A stretch of DNA of 64,000 nt. Origin: Anolis carolinensis. Its lineage: Eukaryota. Below are positions 27,715-40,210 of this stretch, in pieces (within the stretch, counting starts at the first letter, position 1; each line of letters starts with the position of its first letter). Location: the NCBI RefSeq assembly GCF_035594765.1, contig NC_085842.1:272661749-272725748 (forward strand). Reading direction: 5' to 3'. A model generated the notes under the pieces. The model did not search any database. It was given only the letters and a program-made list of their open reading frames with translations, and was not told the origin of the DNA. Position numbers and translations under genes: made by a program.

Positions 27715-27952
27715 TTGCTGTTGGGTGATGGTAGTGGTGTGTGCCCTCAAGTCATTTTCAACTTAGAGCAACATTAAGGAAAACATATGATAGGATTTTC
27801 TTGGAAAGATTTGTTCACAGTGGTTTGTAATTGCCTTCCTCTGAAACTGAGGGAGAGTGACTTGCTCAAAGTCTGCCAGTCTGCTTCCAGAGTCAAACAG
27901 GGGTTTGAACCCTGGTCCCCAAAATCCAAGTCCACTTAAACCACTACACCAC
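27715..27952 (-). mobile_element. Old tRNA/CORE-type SINE with RTE-like tail
   Basis: Antisense tRNA head (gggtttgaaccctgg...aaccactacacc), a gtgacttgctcaa core and a tgtgtgccctcaagtc tail. Confidence 0.65.
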
Positions 27953-28354
27953 CATGAGTCATCTTGAAACTTGCTGCTTGTAAAATAATACCCATGTTAC
28001 AAGTTCAGTTTCAAGTCTCCCTACCTATTCTCACCACCACCACCATGGCAGATAAATCCCCTGCGGCAAAGAACTTGGACATTTATGGGGCAGGTTTATT
28101 TGCTAATCAGTGGTTTTCGGCTGCACCATCAGGCAGATATTAGAAGAAAGTGCCATTGAACACAAGCTGGCTTACTTTTGAAAACCTTTATAGGATAGTG
28201 CGTCATAGTAATTTGTCTTAAATATCTAAGGATATTTCCTTCTTAAACACATGTATTAAAATCCATGTTTTGCTGAGAATTGTATTGGATTACTCGAGAA
28301 GGTTAAAAGTGAATAATGAAGTTTCAATATGCACATTATGGGCTATGGATTATC

Positions 28355-28435
28355 GCCCCATATACACTGTCATATAATGCCATTTGAAACTGCATTATAT
28401 ACGTTTGCACATTATATGGCAGTGTAGATGGGACC
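28355..28435. mobile_element. Tiny palindromic Harbinger-type MITE
   Basis: cccatatacactgtcatataatg versus cattatatggcagtgtagatggg. Confidence 0.65.
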
Positions 28436-29198
28436 CATGTCAGTAGAATTTAGAATTTACAAAGCATTCCTCAAGTTTTCCTAATATATTGTTCAATCAA
28501 CATTTTAGTTTTGCTTGTCTATGGCTTTATCTTTTTTAATATTTTTGTTTTGCTATTCCTGTCATTTTAACATTATCTGTTTGCATTTATTTGGCTGTTT
28601 TTAAGTATATTGATTGTCAGCATTCTTAGAATTTTTCACAGTTGAAGAACAGTATGACAATATATGTTTAAAAATTAATAAATAAAATATCCAGTGGACT
28701 GACAAACCTGCAATTCAGTAAAATTACACCTCCTGCTTTAAATGTAGAAATTACATAATTCACCTTGAACAAAGACAATATTACTTAGAACTGAAAATAA
28801 AATCTATAAGAACCAGGTTACTAATCTTGTTGTTGAATGGGGAAAGCTTGTAATAATGTAATTTGGTAATCAGTAAATCAAAATCTAAAGAATTAGAGGC
28901 AAACACTGTGATAATATTTGAGTTTAACATTCAGCCAACTTGGCAAATCTGAAACTGATTTTTAACTGCTGCCTAGAAAGCTATTTGTCAGATTTTAGGG
29001 CAAGATTTTTAAAAATCATCTAAAGAGTTAAGGTATTGAATATCAAGGAGTCATTTATTTAACAAAACAAATAAATCTCTGAATTGTCTTTAGAGTGTTC
29101 CTAACAGGAAATAAGGTATCAATTTTCAGCTGAAAATGTTGTGAAAGGGTATCTGCAATTGCTTCTGGGTCCATACAGTTTTGTGGAAGTATTGAAGT

Positions 29199-30377
29199 TG
29201 TGATTCAGCTACCCAGTAAAGGAGTGGACTGAGGTCCAATGCCCGGGACACCCCACTACTTTGAATACCAGATCAACACACAAACTGGATTTGAAGGCTA
29301 CAGGAACAGAATTTTATTACTTTCAGGCCTGAAAGGATGTCAGACACAGAGTCTGAGCTCTGAACAGAAAGCATGCAGTACAGTACAGACATTTTATTCT
29401 CTTTGACAGCCACTCAAATTACCTGCACCCTCCCCTGATTAGTTAGAAAGCTGGCCCAGTTTCAATCCAAGTTCCTGTTGGCTGGGGATTCCTCCTGAAG
29501 TCAGAGGTGATTGGCATTTCCTCCATGGTGGGAAACATGAGTAGCTGTCATTTGTTGATTTGAAATCAGAGTCATTTGGAAGGTCCGCCTGGGAAAGGGG
29601 CGGACAAGTGGAATGTGTTGAAGTAATATACAAAACAGTCCATTATGGGTTTAATTGTCAAGACCACCTTACACAAAGGTTGAGCATCAGAGAACACAAT
29701 GGATTTCTTGGTAAACATAAACAATTCAGTAAAAAGTATATAAAGTTAATCTGTGTTCTTACAGCGACTCATCTCCAGACCCCATCAGTAAATGGGGGAA
29801 CTTTACATGATGGAATTAACTCTTCAAGCTTGCATTGTCTTCTCCTGACGGTCTCACCTCTCAGCAAGTAGGGAGTCATAAACTCCTCTGGGATATACGC
29901 ACAAGCATATTATTTTAGTTTTCCCAAGAAGTGATCACTGGATTGTATGAGTGTAAATATATTCCTATGCTCCAGTGCATAGGAACATATTTGCTTAGTT
30001 ATTCTTTTCCTTTATTCCTTTATCCAATTTGCTGTTGAACCACTCCTTTGGGCTTCACGCAAATCAACCATTTGTCCTGTGCTATTCTTTTCCATTTCTG
30101 GCCAAATAGCTTAAATTCAGATATTGTTTTGAATTTGGTATTTTAGCAATTCAATTTTGTGGTAGTGTTGTTCGGGTTGTTAGCCCTTGTGACCCTATAA
30201 CCACTTGTCCTTCTATCAGTTCCGGGGCTCAATCCCAACTGCTGGTGCATGGGACACGATGGAACTGTGTCTTTCTAGTTGCCCCCTCTTCACTCCGTGG
30301 TCTCAGAGTGACTGTTGGAGTTTGGGGGAGAGGCTCCCAACTGATGGTGCATGAGACATGAGACATGTGTCTTTCTA
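29199..30377 (-). mobile_element. Possible ERV-like LTR remnant (right boundary uncertain)
   Basis: TGT terminus. Minus-strand AATAAA at ~29313 and ~29393, CCAAT at ~29510, a GC box at ~29598 and a ~40-bp direct repeat at 30233/30335. No TSD found. Confidence 0.35.
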
Positions 30378-32447
30378 ATTTTAGTTATCTTTATTATAAA
30401 ACAAATATGTGAAGGTTCCAAAGAGTTATGGCCATGTAAGTTTTATAAATAATTTTTAAAGAGGACAAATTTATAGTCTTGAGGTAGTGAACGAAACTCC
30501 TTTTGCTAGGAGATTTATAGGTAGACTTTTTCTGGGATTAGTAGACATGCATTTTCTCTTCAGTTGCCCTAAAGTACTTTGTTGGTAAAAGGTTAGTTAA
30601 TCCCTTTTGGAATGTGTAGTTTCCTGACTGGGCAATTGGAAATGAAACCAAATACAGGAAGGGGGGATAATACTCTTTCAATATTGCAAAACCTTATAAA
30701 ATGTAAAAATAAAATAAAATCCATATATGACTTCAGAATTCATGTTGAGACCATCTTCTGGGGTGGGGTGATTTTTCAGTAACAGTATCCTGGTGCTAGT
30801 CATCAGAGTACAATTAAGGAAGGTATAGAGCAGGTGGATGTATAAGACAGCTCTACCCTTCCTTCATTCGCTTTCATCATTATCTTATGCTTCCCATATC
30901 TATCAATATACCTACAAAGTATTGCCTGACATTTCTTAGTTGTGGGGCTAAACCATTTTAAGGACCACAGGTCCCTAGATATTATGTAGACAGCCGGAAG
31001 AGGCTTCTCATTCAATGTGAGAAATATAACCAGACAAGACCTTTGAAATTGTAGGACTTCAATATCCCTACTCTGTAGCAACACCTATGGTGACAGGTTT
31101 CTAAAAAACATAATGAGAAAGTGAACCTCTGATATAAAACAATTTCTATACAATACCAGTAGAAAAACCTCAACTTATCCACTGATAGAAGAACTCATAT
31201 AGTTTCTGCTATGGGGATTCTGAACAGGAAAAATAGTACATCCTAAAATAAGAATCTGAGGTAAAAAAAAAAAAGTGACTAAACACTTAAATGTGACTAT
31301 GTTTTTAAACTGAAAATACAAGCCAGCAGTAACCCTAAATGTGTATGTTACACTGATACAGCCAGGTCAGATGTTATCAAGAAATTGGACCCCCCCCCCC
31401 CCCGCAAAATAATAACTTTAAATAAATGTCTGGAACAATTTCTGAATTTATATATTTTTATTAGCTCATACAAGAAGACGGTGTCTCCAAAACTCAACCA
31501 AACCCAGCCATTCCAAAGAGGATTAGCTAGTTATCCACTGAAATAAGAATGCCCTGGGGGAAGTGGAAAGGAAATGGGGGCTTACCAAATCCTAACACAA
31601 TAGATCAATACCAAATCTCCTTACAAAGTTTTTCTCCAAGCCCTGGAACTATATATCTGATTTTCCCTTTAAATATCATTCATGGTTTATGGTATACACA
31701 TGGATATAAACTAGTTGGGGCTCAGGCATGTATGTTTTATATTAAAAGGGACTAAAATGCACTGAAATGCATATGTGAAGGTATGGTCCAGCATATCCCG
31801 GAAAAAAACAGATTTTGTGCATGCTTGGGGGGGGAGGGGCTTCTCCAGCATACAGCTGTGTGTTGGGCTCACTCAAAAGGACAATCCTGACAGGAAAGGA
31901 CTACTCCTGTTAACAAAAGATCTCTCATCTCCTGAGAGGATCCAGGTGATGGGAGATGCCAGTCACAAATGGCACCTTGATGAAATATTTATGAATCTGT
32001 ATGCTTTCCATTGAATTGTTTATGTTTGCCTAGCCTCCTCAATGTCTCAGAGGCTTTCTGTTTTGTGTACACTGAACCTTAACTATAATTCTATCTTGGA
32101 CTGTTTTCATATTTCCTCAAACTATTTGCCAAGTTCAGCCCTTTCCTCCTGAAAGGATCCTCCAGTTTCAAATAGACAAATGACAACTCTTCATTTTTCC
32201 TGCCACGAGGAAGACCCCATCCACCTCTGATGTCATAGGTATTTCCCAGCCAACTGGAACCCAGATCCAAACTTGACCACTTTTCAGCCAATCAGACAAC
32301 CAGAGCTGTATCAAACATTTTAAAAAGAAAGATAATACTATGAAGCAAGCACATAGGAATCAGATGCAGAAAGATGCATGACTTCACTGAGAAATGAATA
32401 AGTAAAATGATCTCCTGAGATGATAGCAGAAATGCTGCCTTTACCAA

Positions 32448-32598
32448 GGATACATTGACACTGTCAAATTAATGCAGTTGATATCACTTTAACTGCCTTG
32501 GCTCAATGCTATGAAATCATGGGAGTTGTAGTACTACAAGGTCTTTAGCCTTCTCTGCCAAAGAGCTAATGCCTTATCAAACTACAAATTCCATGAGC
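32448..32598. mobile_element. Partial Harbinger-type MITE
   Basis: attaatgcagttg..cactttaactgcc..ggctcaatgctatg..gggagttgtagt; same family as 21163-21365. Confidence 0.7.
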
Positions 32599-32637
32599 AT
32601 TTTTGTAATCTTTGCATGCCTATATTCAGTAATTGCT

Positions 32638-32640
<3 letters not shown>

Positions 32641-32686
<46 letters not shown>

Positions 32687-33625
32687 TTCCTTCTTATACC
32701 CCGCCACCCCGCTTACATGGGGACAAGCCCAACAATAACATCAGTTAAAACACAATACATGAATTAAAACAATATAAACAATAAATGTATATAAAACAAA
32801 ATAAAATAGCAATTCCTTTAAAACCTGGCCTTAGATACTACATATGCTGAGGGAGGTTTGTGCAGGACTCTGAACAGAATTCATGGATAGTAGAGGGACA
32901 GTCAGAGATAGGGCAGAGGGATGGTCTCAACAATACACTGGAGACCTAAAAAGGTGAGGGGTAGTGATAAAGTGCAATAAGAGTTTGTATACAAGATTAC
33001 TATCTAGTGGAGCTGTTCACTCAAACGCGCAACGGAACATCCACATTTTTAGTTCCTTACAGAAGGTGGATAGCAAAGATGCCAGTCTAATCTCCCTGGA
33101 GAGAGAGTTCCAGAGCCGAGGGGCCACCGCCGAGAAGGCCCTTTCCCTCGTTTCCCCCTCCCCCAACCGCACTTGAGATGGAGGTGGGAGCGAGAGAAGG
33201 GCTTCCCCAAAGATCTTAAGGTCTGCATGGGCTCATAGGGGAGGAGACGATCCTGGAGATCAGCAGGTCCTGAACAGTTTAGGGCTTTATAGGTAATAAC
33301 CTGCACCTTGAATTGGGCCCGGAAAGTTATCAGTAACTAATGGAGCTGCTTAAAAAGGAGGGTTGACCGCTCTCTGTAGCTAGCTCCAGTTATTAATCTG
33401 GCTGCCGATCTTTGTACTAATTGTAGTTTCCAAGCCGTCTTCAAAGGCAGCCCCACGTAAAGCGCATTGCAGTAATCCAGTCTAGAGGTAACACCTTGTC
33501 CAAGTCAGACTTCACAAGGTACGGTCACAGCTGGTTCACAAGCTTTAACTGTGCAAAAGCCCTCCCGGCCACAGCCGACACCTGAGCATCAAGCATCAAC
33601 ACTGAATCCAGGAGGACCCCAGACT
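32641..33625 (-). mobile_element. L2 LINE 3' fragment (~1 kb)
   Basis: Trinucleotide tail at 32641-32684. ORF 33049-33306 (QVITYKALNCSGPADLQDRLLPYEPMQTLRS) is an L2 ORF2 C-terminus, and LDYCNALY is encoded at ~33460-33485. Confidence 0.9.
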
Positions 33626-35210
33626 GCATATTAGCTCATTTGCAGATTGCCTGTTTGTTTGCTTTTCTATACCTACTCACTTCCTGCTTCACTCTAAGCT
33701 CTAGCCATCTTCTCTGCACTCTGTGAACTCTATTAGACCCCATGTTTGACTATGAAGAAGCATTTTGGAAGTAAAGAAAGTGTGATCTATTTTTACAGAG
33801 AAGATTTAACCTATTTCTTTCTTTGTTAGACCTTGTGGATTGGTGGGTATGGAACTCGTTGTTCAGCTTCTGCCCTACAAATTTGATTATTCTGCTAGAA
33901 AAATACACAACTATTTCTCACATTTTCAAATAATGAAAGCAGAGTCAGATCTTTTTTCTTATAGTATTTTCTAGACTTTTGCAGTTCATTCAAAAGCCAT
34001 ATAGTACCCTCACTGCTCTGGTATAAATTCTAAGAATCTGATTTAGGTGAAGGCATTTTTGCACCCAAAATAACTGCACTGTATAAGTTCAGATGTGTAT
34101 CTTGGCCCTAATTCTGACTTTTCAAGGAATCCCAAAGTGCCCTTTCCATATTGCATCATGCTTCATTGACATACCTTTAAAGACTACAACCCCTTCTTTA
34201 ATTTGACTGTATATACATATGTGTAACCATCACTGAATTCAGCTTCTTTCATCTCCTACTAAACTATGCAATATATTATGTGCAGTAGCATCTGTGCTGA
34301 AGACACATTCAAGGTAAACCACCAAAAAGGGCTCTCTGCTTTGAAACGTTAAGCTGGACTTTCTAAATAAGATTAATGCACATGGTCTACATAAATTATT
34401 CCTATGTCAGTCATGGGCCAGCTCATTCCCGTATAGAAGAAGCAATATTGGTCCTGGCAAGTGTACAAACACACTTTGAAATGTACGGAGGCAGGGAGTC
34501 CTGTCTGAAATCTGAATTCAAATTACAGCCTGCCTTAATTACAAGTAGTAAAAGTTTTCTTTGATTAAGATTAATGATACTGGCTCTCCAAGTTGATAGC
34601 AGAACAATAGCATTTGCATTGTAAAGCATATATCTGCATGCCGTTATCAACAGCATTTTACAGTGCTAGCGTGTGCATAGGATCCTACAGGACTGTTTAA
34701 CTATGTTCTTAAAATGCCAACTGAAAACGGCTGGCAAAATAGATTGCAAAAAATAAATGGGAACAGTGTGTCATGAAAAAGATATACTGAAATCTTATTT
34801 CTACCTGGAAGGAAAGCAAGATCACTCTACTTTTCAAAGAAATCTTGTTTGAGAATAAAGGGTTTTGGTTGAAGTGGCACAATTATTTGAGGTTAGTATC
34901 TTCTCAGATACATATTGATCTTGATTTATCAGTATCAGATTGATATATCAGAACATTTCGTCACCTGGCATCAGTGAAAATGAAAACAGTAGAGTTTTTA
35001 ATGAAATACAAAACATGGTCAACAAGTTTCCACTCAATATCATTGTCATCATATTCTAATGGCCCATGTGTAGCCTAATTTAATTCTTAATTATGACTAT
35101 TCTAAAAAAATAACTGTGATTTAATTTGTTATCGAAAGCTTTCATGGCTGGAATCACTGGGTTGCTGTGCATTTTCTGGGCTGCATGGTCATGTTCCGGA
35201 AGCATTCTCT

Positions 35211-35251
35211 CCTGATGTTTCACCCACATCTATGGCAGGCATCTTCAGAGG
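35211..35251 (-). ncRNA. Minimal hammerhead ribozyme motif (Penelope pLTR)
   Basis: Minus strand reads CCT-CTGAAGA-tgcctgccatagatgtgggt-GAAACATC-AGG. Confidence 0.65.
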
Positions 35252-35887
35252 TTGTGAGGTATATTGGAAAACTAAGCAATGAATGTTTATATATCTGTGG
35301 AAGGTCCAGAGTGGGAGAAAGAACTCTTGTCTGTTAGAGGTCAGTGTGAATTAATCACCTTGATTAGCATGAATGGCCTTGCAAGCTTTATTCCTGCCTG
35401 GGGAAATCCTTTGTTCTGAGGAGTTAGCTGCCCCTAATTTATTCATGTCTGTAATTACTCTGTTTTCAGAGTGTTGTTCTTTATTTACTCTTCTGATTTT
35501 AGAGGGTTTTTTTTCTACTGGTAGCCAGATTTTGTTCATTTTCATGGTTTCCTCCTTTCTGTTGAAATTGTCCGCATATTTGTGGATTTCAATGCCTTCT
35601 CTGTGTAGTTTGACATGATAGGTGTTAGAGTGGTCCAGCACTCTGTTTTCAGAACAACACTCTGAGAACAGAGGAATTACAGACATGAATCAATCAGGGG
35701 CAACTAACACCTCAGAACATAGGATTCCCCCAGGCAAGAATGAAGCTTGCAAGGCCATTAATGCTAATCAAGGTGATTAATAACAACATTCACACTGGCC
35801 TCCAACAGACAAGAATGCTTTCTCCCAACCTGGACCTTCCACGAATACATAAACACCCCTTGCTTAGTTTTCCAATATACCTCACAA

Positions 35888-35928
35888 CCTCTGAGGATGC
35901 CTGCCATAAATGTGGGTGAAACATCAGG
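35888..35928 (+). ncRNA. Minimal hammerhead ribozyme motif (Penelope pLTR)
   Basis: CCT-CTGAGGA-tgcctgccataaatgtgggt-GAAACATC-AGG. Confidence 0.65.
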
Positions 35929-37719
35929 ATAGAATGCTTCTGGAACATGGCCATACAACCTGGAAAATGCACAACAACCCTGTGATTTAATTGATATTTT
36001 CTCTTAAAATTATTCTTAAAATGACAGTCCTAGCCACTCCTTAAGGAAGCAACCCTCACTAAATCGCAGTGAACTTAATTAGATTTTCTTTCAGATAAAT
36101 TATCATAGAATTATACTGTATCAAATGTTTCTAAATATGATGATCCTTATGGCTGAAACATTTCTGCCCAGTTGTCAATTTTTATATGAAATTATAAGAC
36201 AGATTTGTTTTGTATTCTGTAATCTATGGCATAACAAAAGTATAGGGATTTTTTACTTTTCCAATTCTCTTTTTCCCTCTTTAGCTTCCTCTTAAAAAAT
36301 ATTGATGGACACAGAGCAGCGTTGTGTTGCAAAGCTCGCATGTTCCTTAGGCAGACAGAAGTGGAAAATGTAACACAGTCTAAGATAATAAAAAGGGAAT
36401 CGAATTTACCTGGGAGTTGTGTTTATGAACAGCAATATTTAGACTGCTGTGAAGTATCCTAAGGCGCCATAACGATTCTTAAACAAAATTACAGAATTAT
36501 CCAACTGTACTTAGTCTTTCTGAGTGACAACTATTGTCCATCTTAAAGTTTTGCCTTGGTTGTTGTACTATCCAAATCTTCAGAAAAGTATTATAGTATT
36601 TTGCTTTGCTCTTTTTATTTAAAAAAAACCTTGCAATTAATTGGTTTATGGACTGTAGACGTTATATGCAGTGTGGACTTCATTTATTTAGTACACTCTC
36701 TGTCAGGGAAACTTGAAAATCCATTATCTCGACCCCAGACAATGTAGTTTACAACTTGGTCAATATCATTAAGATTTGGATTAGACAATAAATGTGTGAA
36801 AAATACCTTCCTGTGTCATGAATGTCAACCTCCAGTACTAAATTAGAAAGGGGGAAAGCAAAGTGACACAACAAATGGATAATTGGCTTTTGTTTTTATT
36901 CAACAGTGGATCAAATATTTTAAATTTCATTATATTTACGCACTTAATTTATTTTAATGAATGGACTAACAACATCAAGTTATGTTTTTTAGGTGAACAA
37001 AATGAAAATTGTGCTGTTCATATCAGAAATGTACATTCAATCTATCTCTCACAGATCTAATATAAACAAGAGGAGGAAGACTACAATAGAATACAAAATG
37101 AAGTATCTTCGTGTTGATTTTTCAATGCTTTTAGATAAATGTTATTATTATAGTGCCATTTGCTGCCTTATTAATTAATTTTATCTGGGGCAAACTAGAA
37201 ATTTTTCCCTTGCTTCAAATTAGTTGTACTCACTCTTTACAAAAAGATCATTCTATTTAACAAGGGCTCTTGGCCTGTAGCTCTTAGCCTGAGGATGCAA
37301 CAAAGACCTATTTCACCTACTGAATCCAGATAAGGTGGATTGCAAAGCCAGGTAAGCTATTATGCATGACCTTAGGAAAATTTTGCAGAACAGCATGTTT
37401 TCTTTCTAAATAAGGAAATGGAGCACCTATTGAATAGAATCCCATGAGGTCTATTTTAGTCAAGTATTAGGATTGCTACAGGCTAAACTGACTGTATGTT
37501 TATTTATGATAGGTTGTTTATTCTGTATTTCTGGTCAGCAAATATCTGGTCAGTACTTAGAATATTTCTGGTTAATATTTAGAATATGAAAAGATATTGC
37601 AATTTTAGTTTGTCAAATAGTGCTCAGAATATAAAAGGGTGCTGCAATTTCAATCATAATGGGCAGGGGAACTTATGGTAGTGGATCCAATGGCAGTGGA
37701 ACCTCATCAGACCACAAAG

Positions 37720-38880
37720 TGATGTGAGGTAATGTTATGTCAGAGACTGGGAAAATCCAGGATGTGATCACAGATAAAGAAGCTGACATTGCATGCAACT
37801 GAAACCTGGCTAGCGGAAGAGGTGGGTGCCAACTTTAACTAGTCATGCCTCCCAATTTCCAAGCACAGTGGTAGGCAAGATCTTATGGACAGGGAGATGG
37901 AGATGGAGTGATCTATTGTGAGCTCATTCCTCTGTTGAGATATTGTGTTTGACAAACTCCAAGGTTTGGGTCTATACACCTGGTAGTATGGCAATGAGAT
38001 GGGATGTGAAATTTACCATTCACACCACTGCCCACCTGTCTCCGTCCATGAACTATGAACATAGTCTTAGAGGTGATATTAATTTCACTCAAATGTATTA
38101 TGCAGGAGGATTTTAACATTAATGATGTGGCAATATTGAATCATTTTCTGGATGCAGAAAAGGACCAGATGCAGGTGAATATACCAAGGCTTAATCCAGG
38201 CAAGATAGAAGTACTGCTGGCCAATAAGAAAACCAACCTGGGATTGGGATCATGACCTGTTCTGGATGGGGTCGCACTATCTCTGAAATATTAGGTTCAT
38301 AGCTTGAGGGTTACTCTTACACTCAGTGCTTTTACAGGTTGCTGTCATGGTCATGAACAACTTTGCCCAGCTTCAACTTGTACATAAATTGTGCCCTTTT
38401 TCGCAGAAGTTACATTTGTGCTTCATGCCTTAGTTGCCTTCTGATCAGACTATTGCAATGCATTCTTCATGGGTTCCCCTTGAAAGATGGTCAAAGGTTG
38501 TAGTTAAATCAAAATGCATCAGCTGGACTGGTGTCTGGCATGCATTTTAGGGACCATATAACATGGGCTACCAATTTGCTTCTGAACTCAATTAAAGGTT
38601 CTGGTGTTGACCTTTAAAGCCCTACATGACTTGGGGTCAGGATATATGAAAGCCCCCTCCTCCACTTTCATTGCTTGCCAGAAATTTCAGATCTTCAGAG
38701 GTGGTCTTGTTGTGTGTCTCAACACCTTGTGAAGTTATTTTGATGGGTAAAACCAATAGGGCTTTCTCTTTAACAGCACCCCAACTGTGAAACTCACCAC
38801 CCAAGAGAGTTAGGCAGGTCCCATCTCTTTTAAACTTTTGGTAAGCAGCAAAAACAATGTTGTTCCATATTACATTCAGT
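37720..38880 (+). mobile_element. Old L2 LINE with a large internal deletion
   Basis: APE endonuclease remnants (IQDVITDKEADIAC/ETWL, DFNI) are joined at ~38120 to post-RT motifs (LNPGKIEVLL, DYCN, KVLVLTFKAL, RAFS..AP). Confidence 0.8.
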
Positions 38881-39197
38881 TGTTTGACATTGCTGTTTAA
38901 CTGTCTCAGGACTCAACAATATCTAAACGATGCCTCTCATAAAAGAGGACTAATTTGTAACAAAGCAGGAAAACCCTGCATTGTCGGAATTTCTTTAGAT
39001 ACTACATTAGACCCAGGCCTTCCTGAAAGACCCAGGTAATGAGGTATGGGCCCTGTAAGGACTGATCCCCCTAAATACCCCCTAAAGATTTTAAAATGAA
39101 ATGGTCTTGGGACTACCGAGGGGTCAGTCTGCACAGCTCAGTTTGCTTCCTTGGGCCCCATGGGCCCGAACAAGCACAGAGAACACCCAGCCTCTCC

Positions 39198-39420
39198 CCA
39201 AATCCCCTGTAAAATGTTTAAAATAAAAACTTATTGGGTCACCATTATGCCTCTCTGGAGGCTTCCTGGCACATACCAATGTTGTGCTAGGAGGTGGGTG
39301 TCAAATTGCTCTTCCCCCGACTTCCTGGTGCAACATTGCTATATGCCAGAAGCTTCCACAGAGGCATAATGGCATCCCAGTATGGTTTTCTTTTATTTTA
39401 AAACCTTTAGGGGGTATTTG
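39198..39420. repeat. Imperfect inverted repeat (old palindromic DNA-transposon relic)
   Basis: ccattatgcctctctggaggcttcctggca versus tgccagaagcttccacagaggcataatgg, extended by tttaaaataaaa / ttttatttaaa. Confidence 0.6.
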
Positions 39421-39993
39421 AGTTGTCCCTGTTCCAGCAAGGTAGTTACCATGCTGCAATGATGATAACTCACAGAAAATTTCATTTCTTTTTCTGAGGT
39501 GTGAGGACTTAAGCCCATGCCAAAGCAGATTGAATATATACCTGGAAGGGCCCTCAGATAGGCTTATATAAGAACACAGTCTTTCAGATTAAAAAAATCC
39601 CTCTTAATGAGCAAAAGTGAAGTACACTAGGGACCCACCCCCCAAGAAAAACTAAACATGACAACTGAGTAGTTGTTCTGCCCTCTTGCATAATGACTTA
39701 TTTCTTATTACCTAAAGACAGAAATGTTTTATAAAGAACAATAAATGAGTACATTCCATTCTCTCAAGACAGATGTCATCATTGGGTATATAACTGGATG
39801 ACTGTGAAATTTGGGGATTGTCCAATGAAATACAGTATTCCTTTTCAATGAAAGTTTCCTTCATTCTCCAAAGTAGCATTAGAGTGAATGAGACCCTGAA
39901 AATCATTTGCACACACACAAATACACACACAAACACACACACACGCACACACAATTTTTCCATTTGCTGTGTTTGCATTTTCTAGTTACCATT

Positions 39994-40210
39994 GCCAGGC
40001 TGTGGCGCAGGCTGGATAGCAGCCAGCTGCAACAAATCACTCTGGCCAAGAGGTCATGAATTCGAGGCCATCCCATGCCTGCGTCTGTCTCTGTTCTATG
40101 TTATGGCATTGAATGTTTGCCTTATATGTGTGCAATGTGATCCACCCTGAGTCCCCTTCGGGGTGAGAAGGGCAGAATATAAATACTGTAAATAAATAAA
40201 TAATAAATAA
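39994..40210 (+). mobile_element. Short ACASINE2-like SINE
   Basis: Same head and tail as 12541-13062 but lacks ~300 bp of the middle. Confidence 0.85.

Larger units (their letters stand above)
35127..35979 (-). mobile_element. Penelope-like element: truncated 3' end with inverted pseudo-LTRs
   Basis: The minus ORF contains VLDHSNTYHVKLHREGIEIHKYADNFNRKEE..MNKIWLPV, which resembles the C-terminus of a PLE GIY-YIG endonuclease. ~330-bp inverted arms and a 13-bp flanking repeat CTGTGATTTAATT (35114-35126, 35980-35992). Confidence 0.85.

Noticed and set aside
30380-32300. Possible ERV internal remnants next to the putative LTR
   Set aside because: No gag, pol or env motifs are recognisable in any listed ORF.
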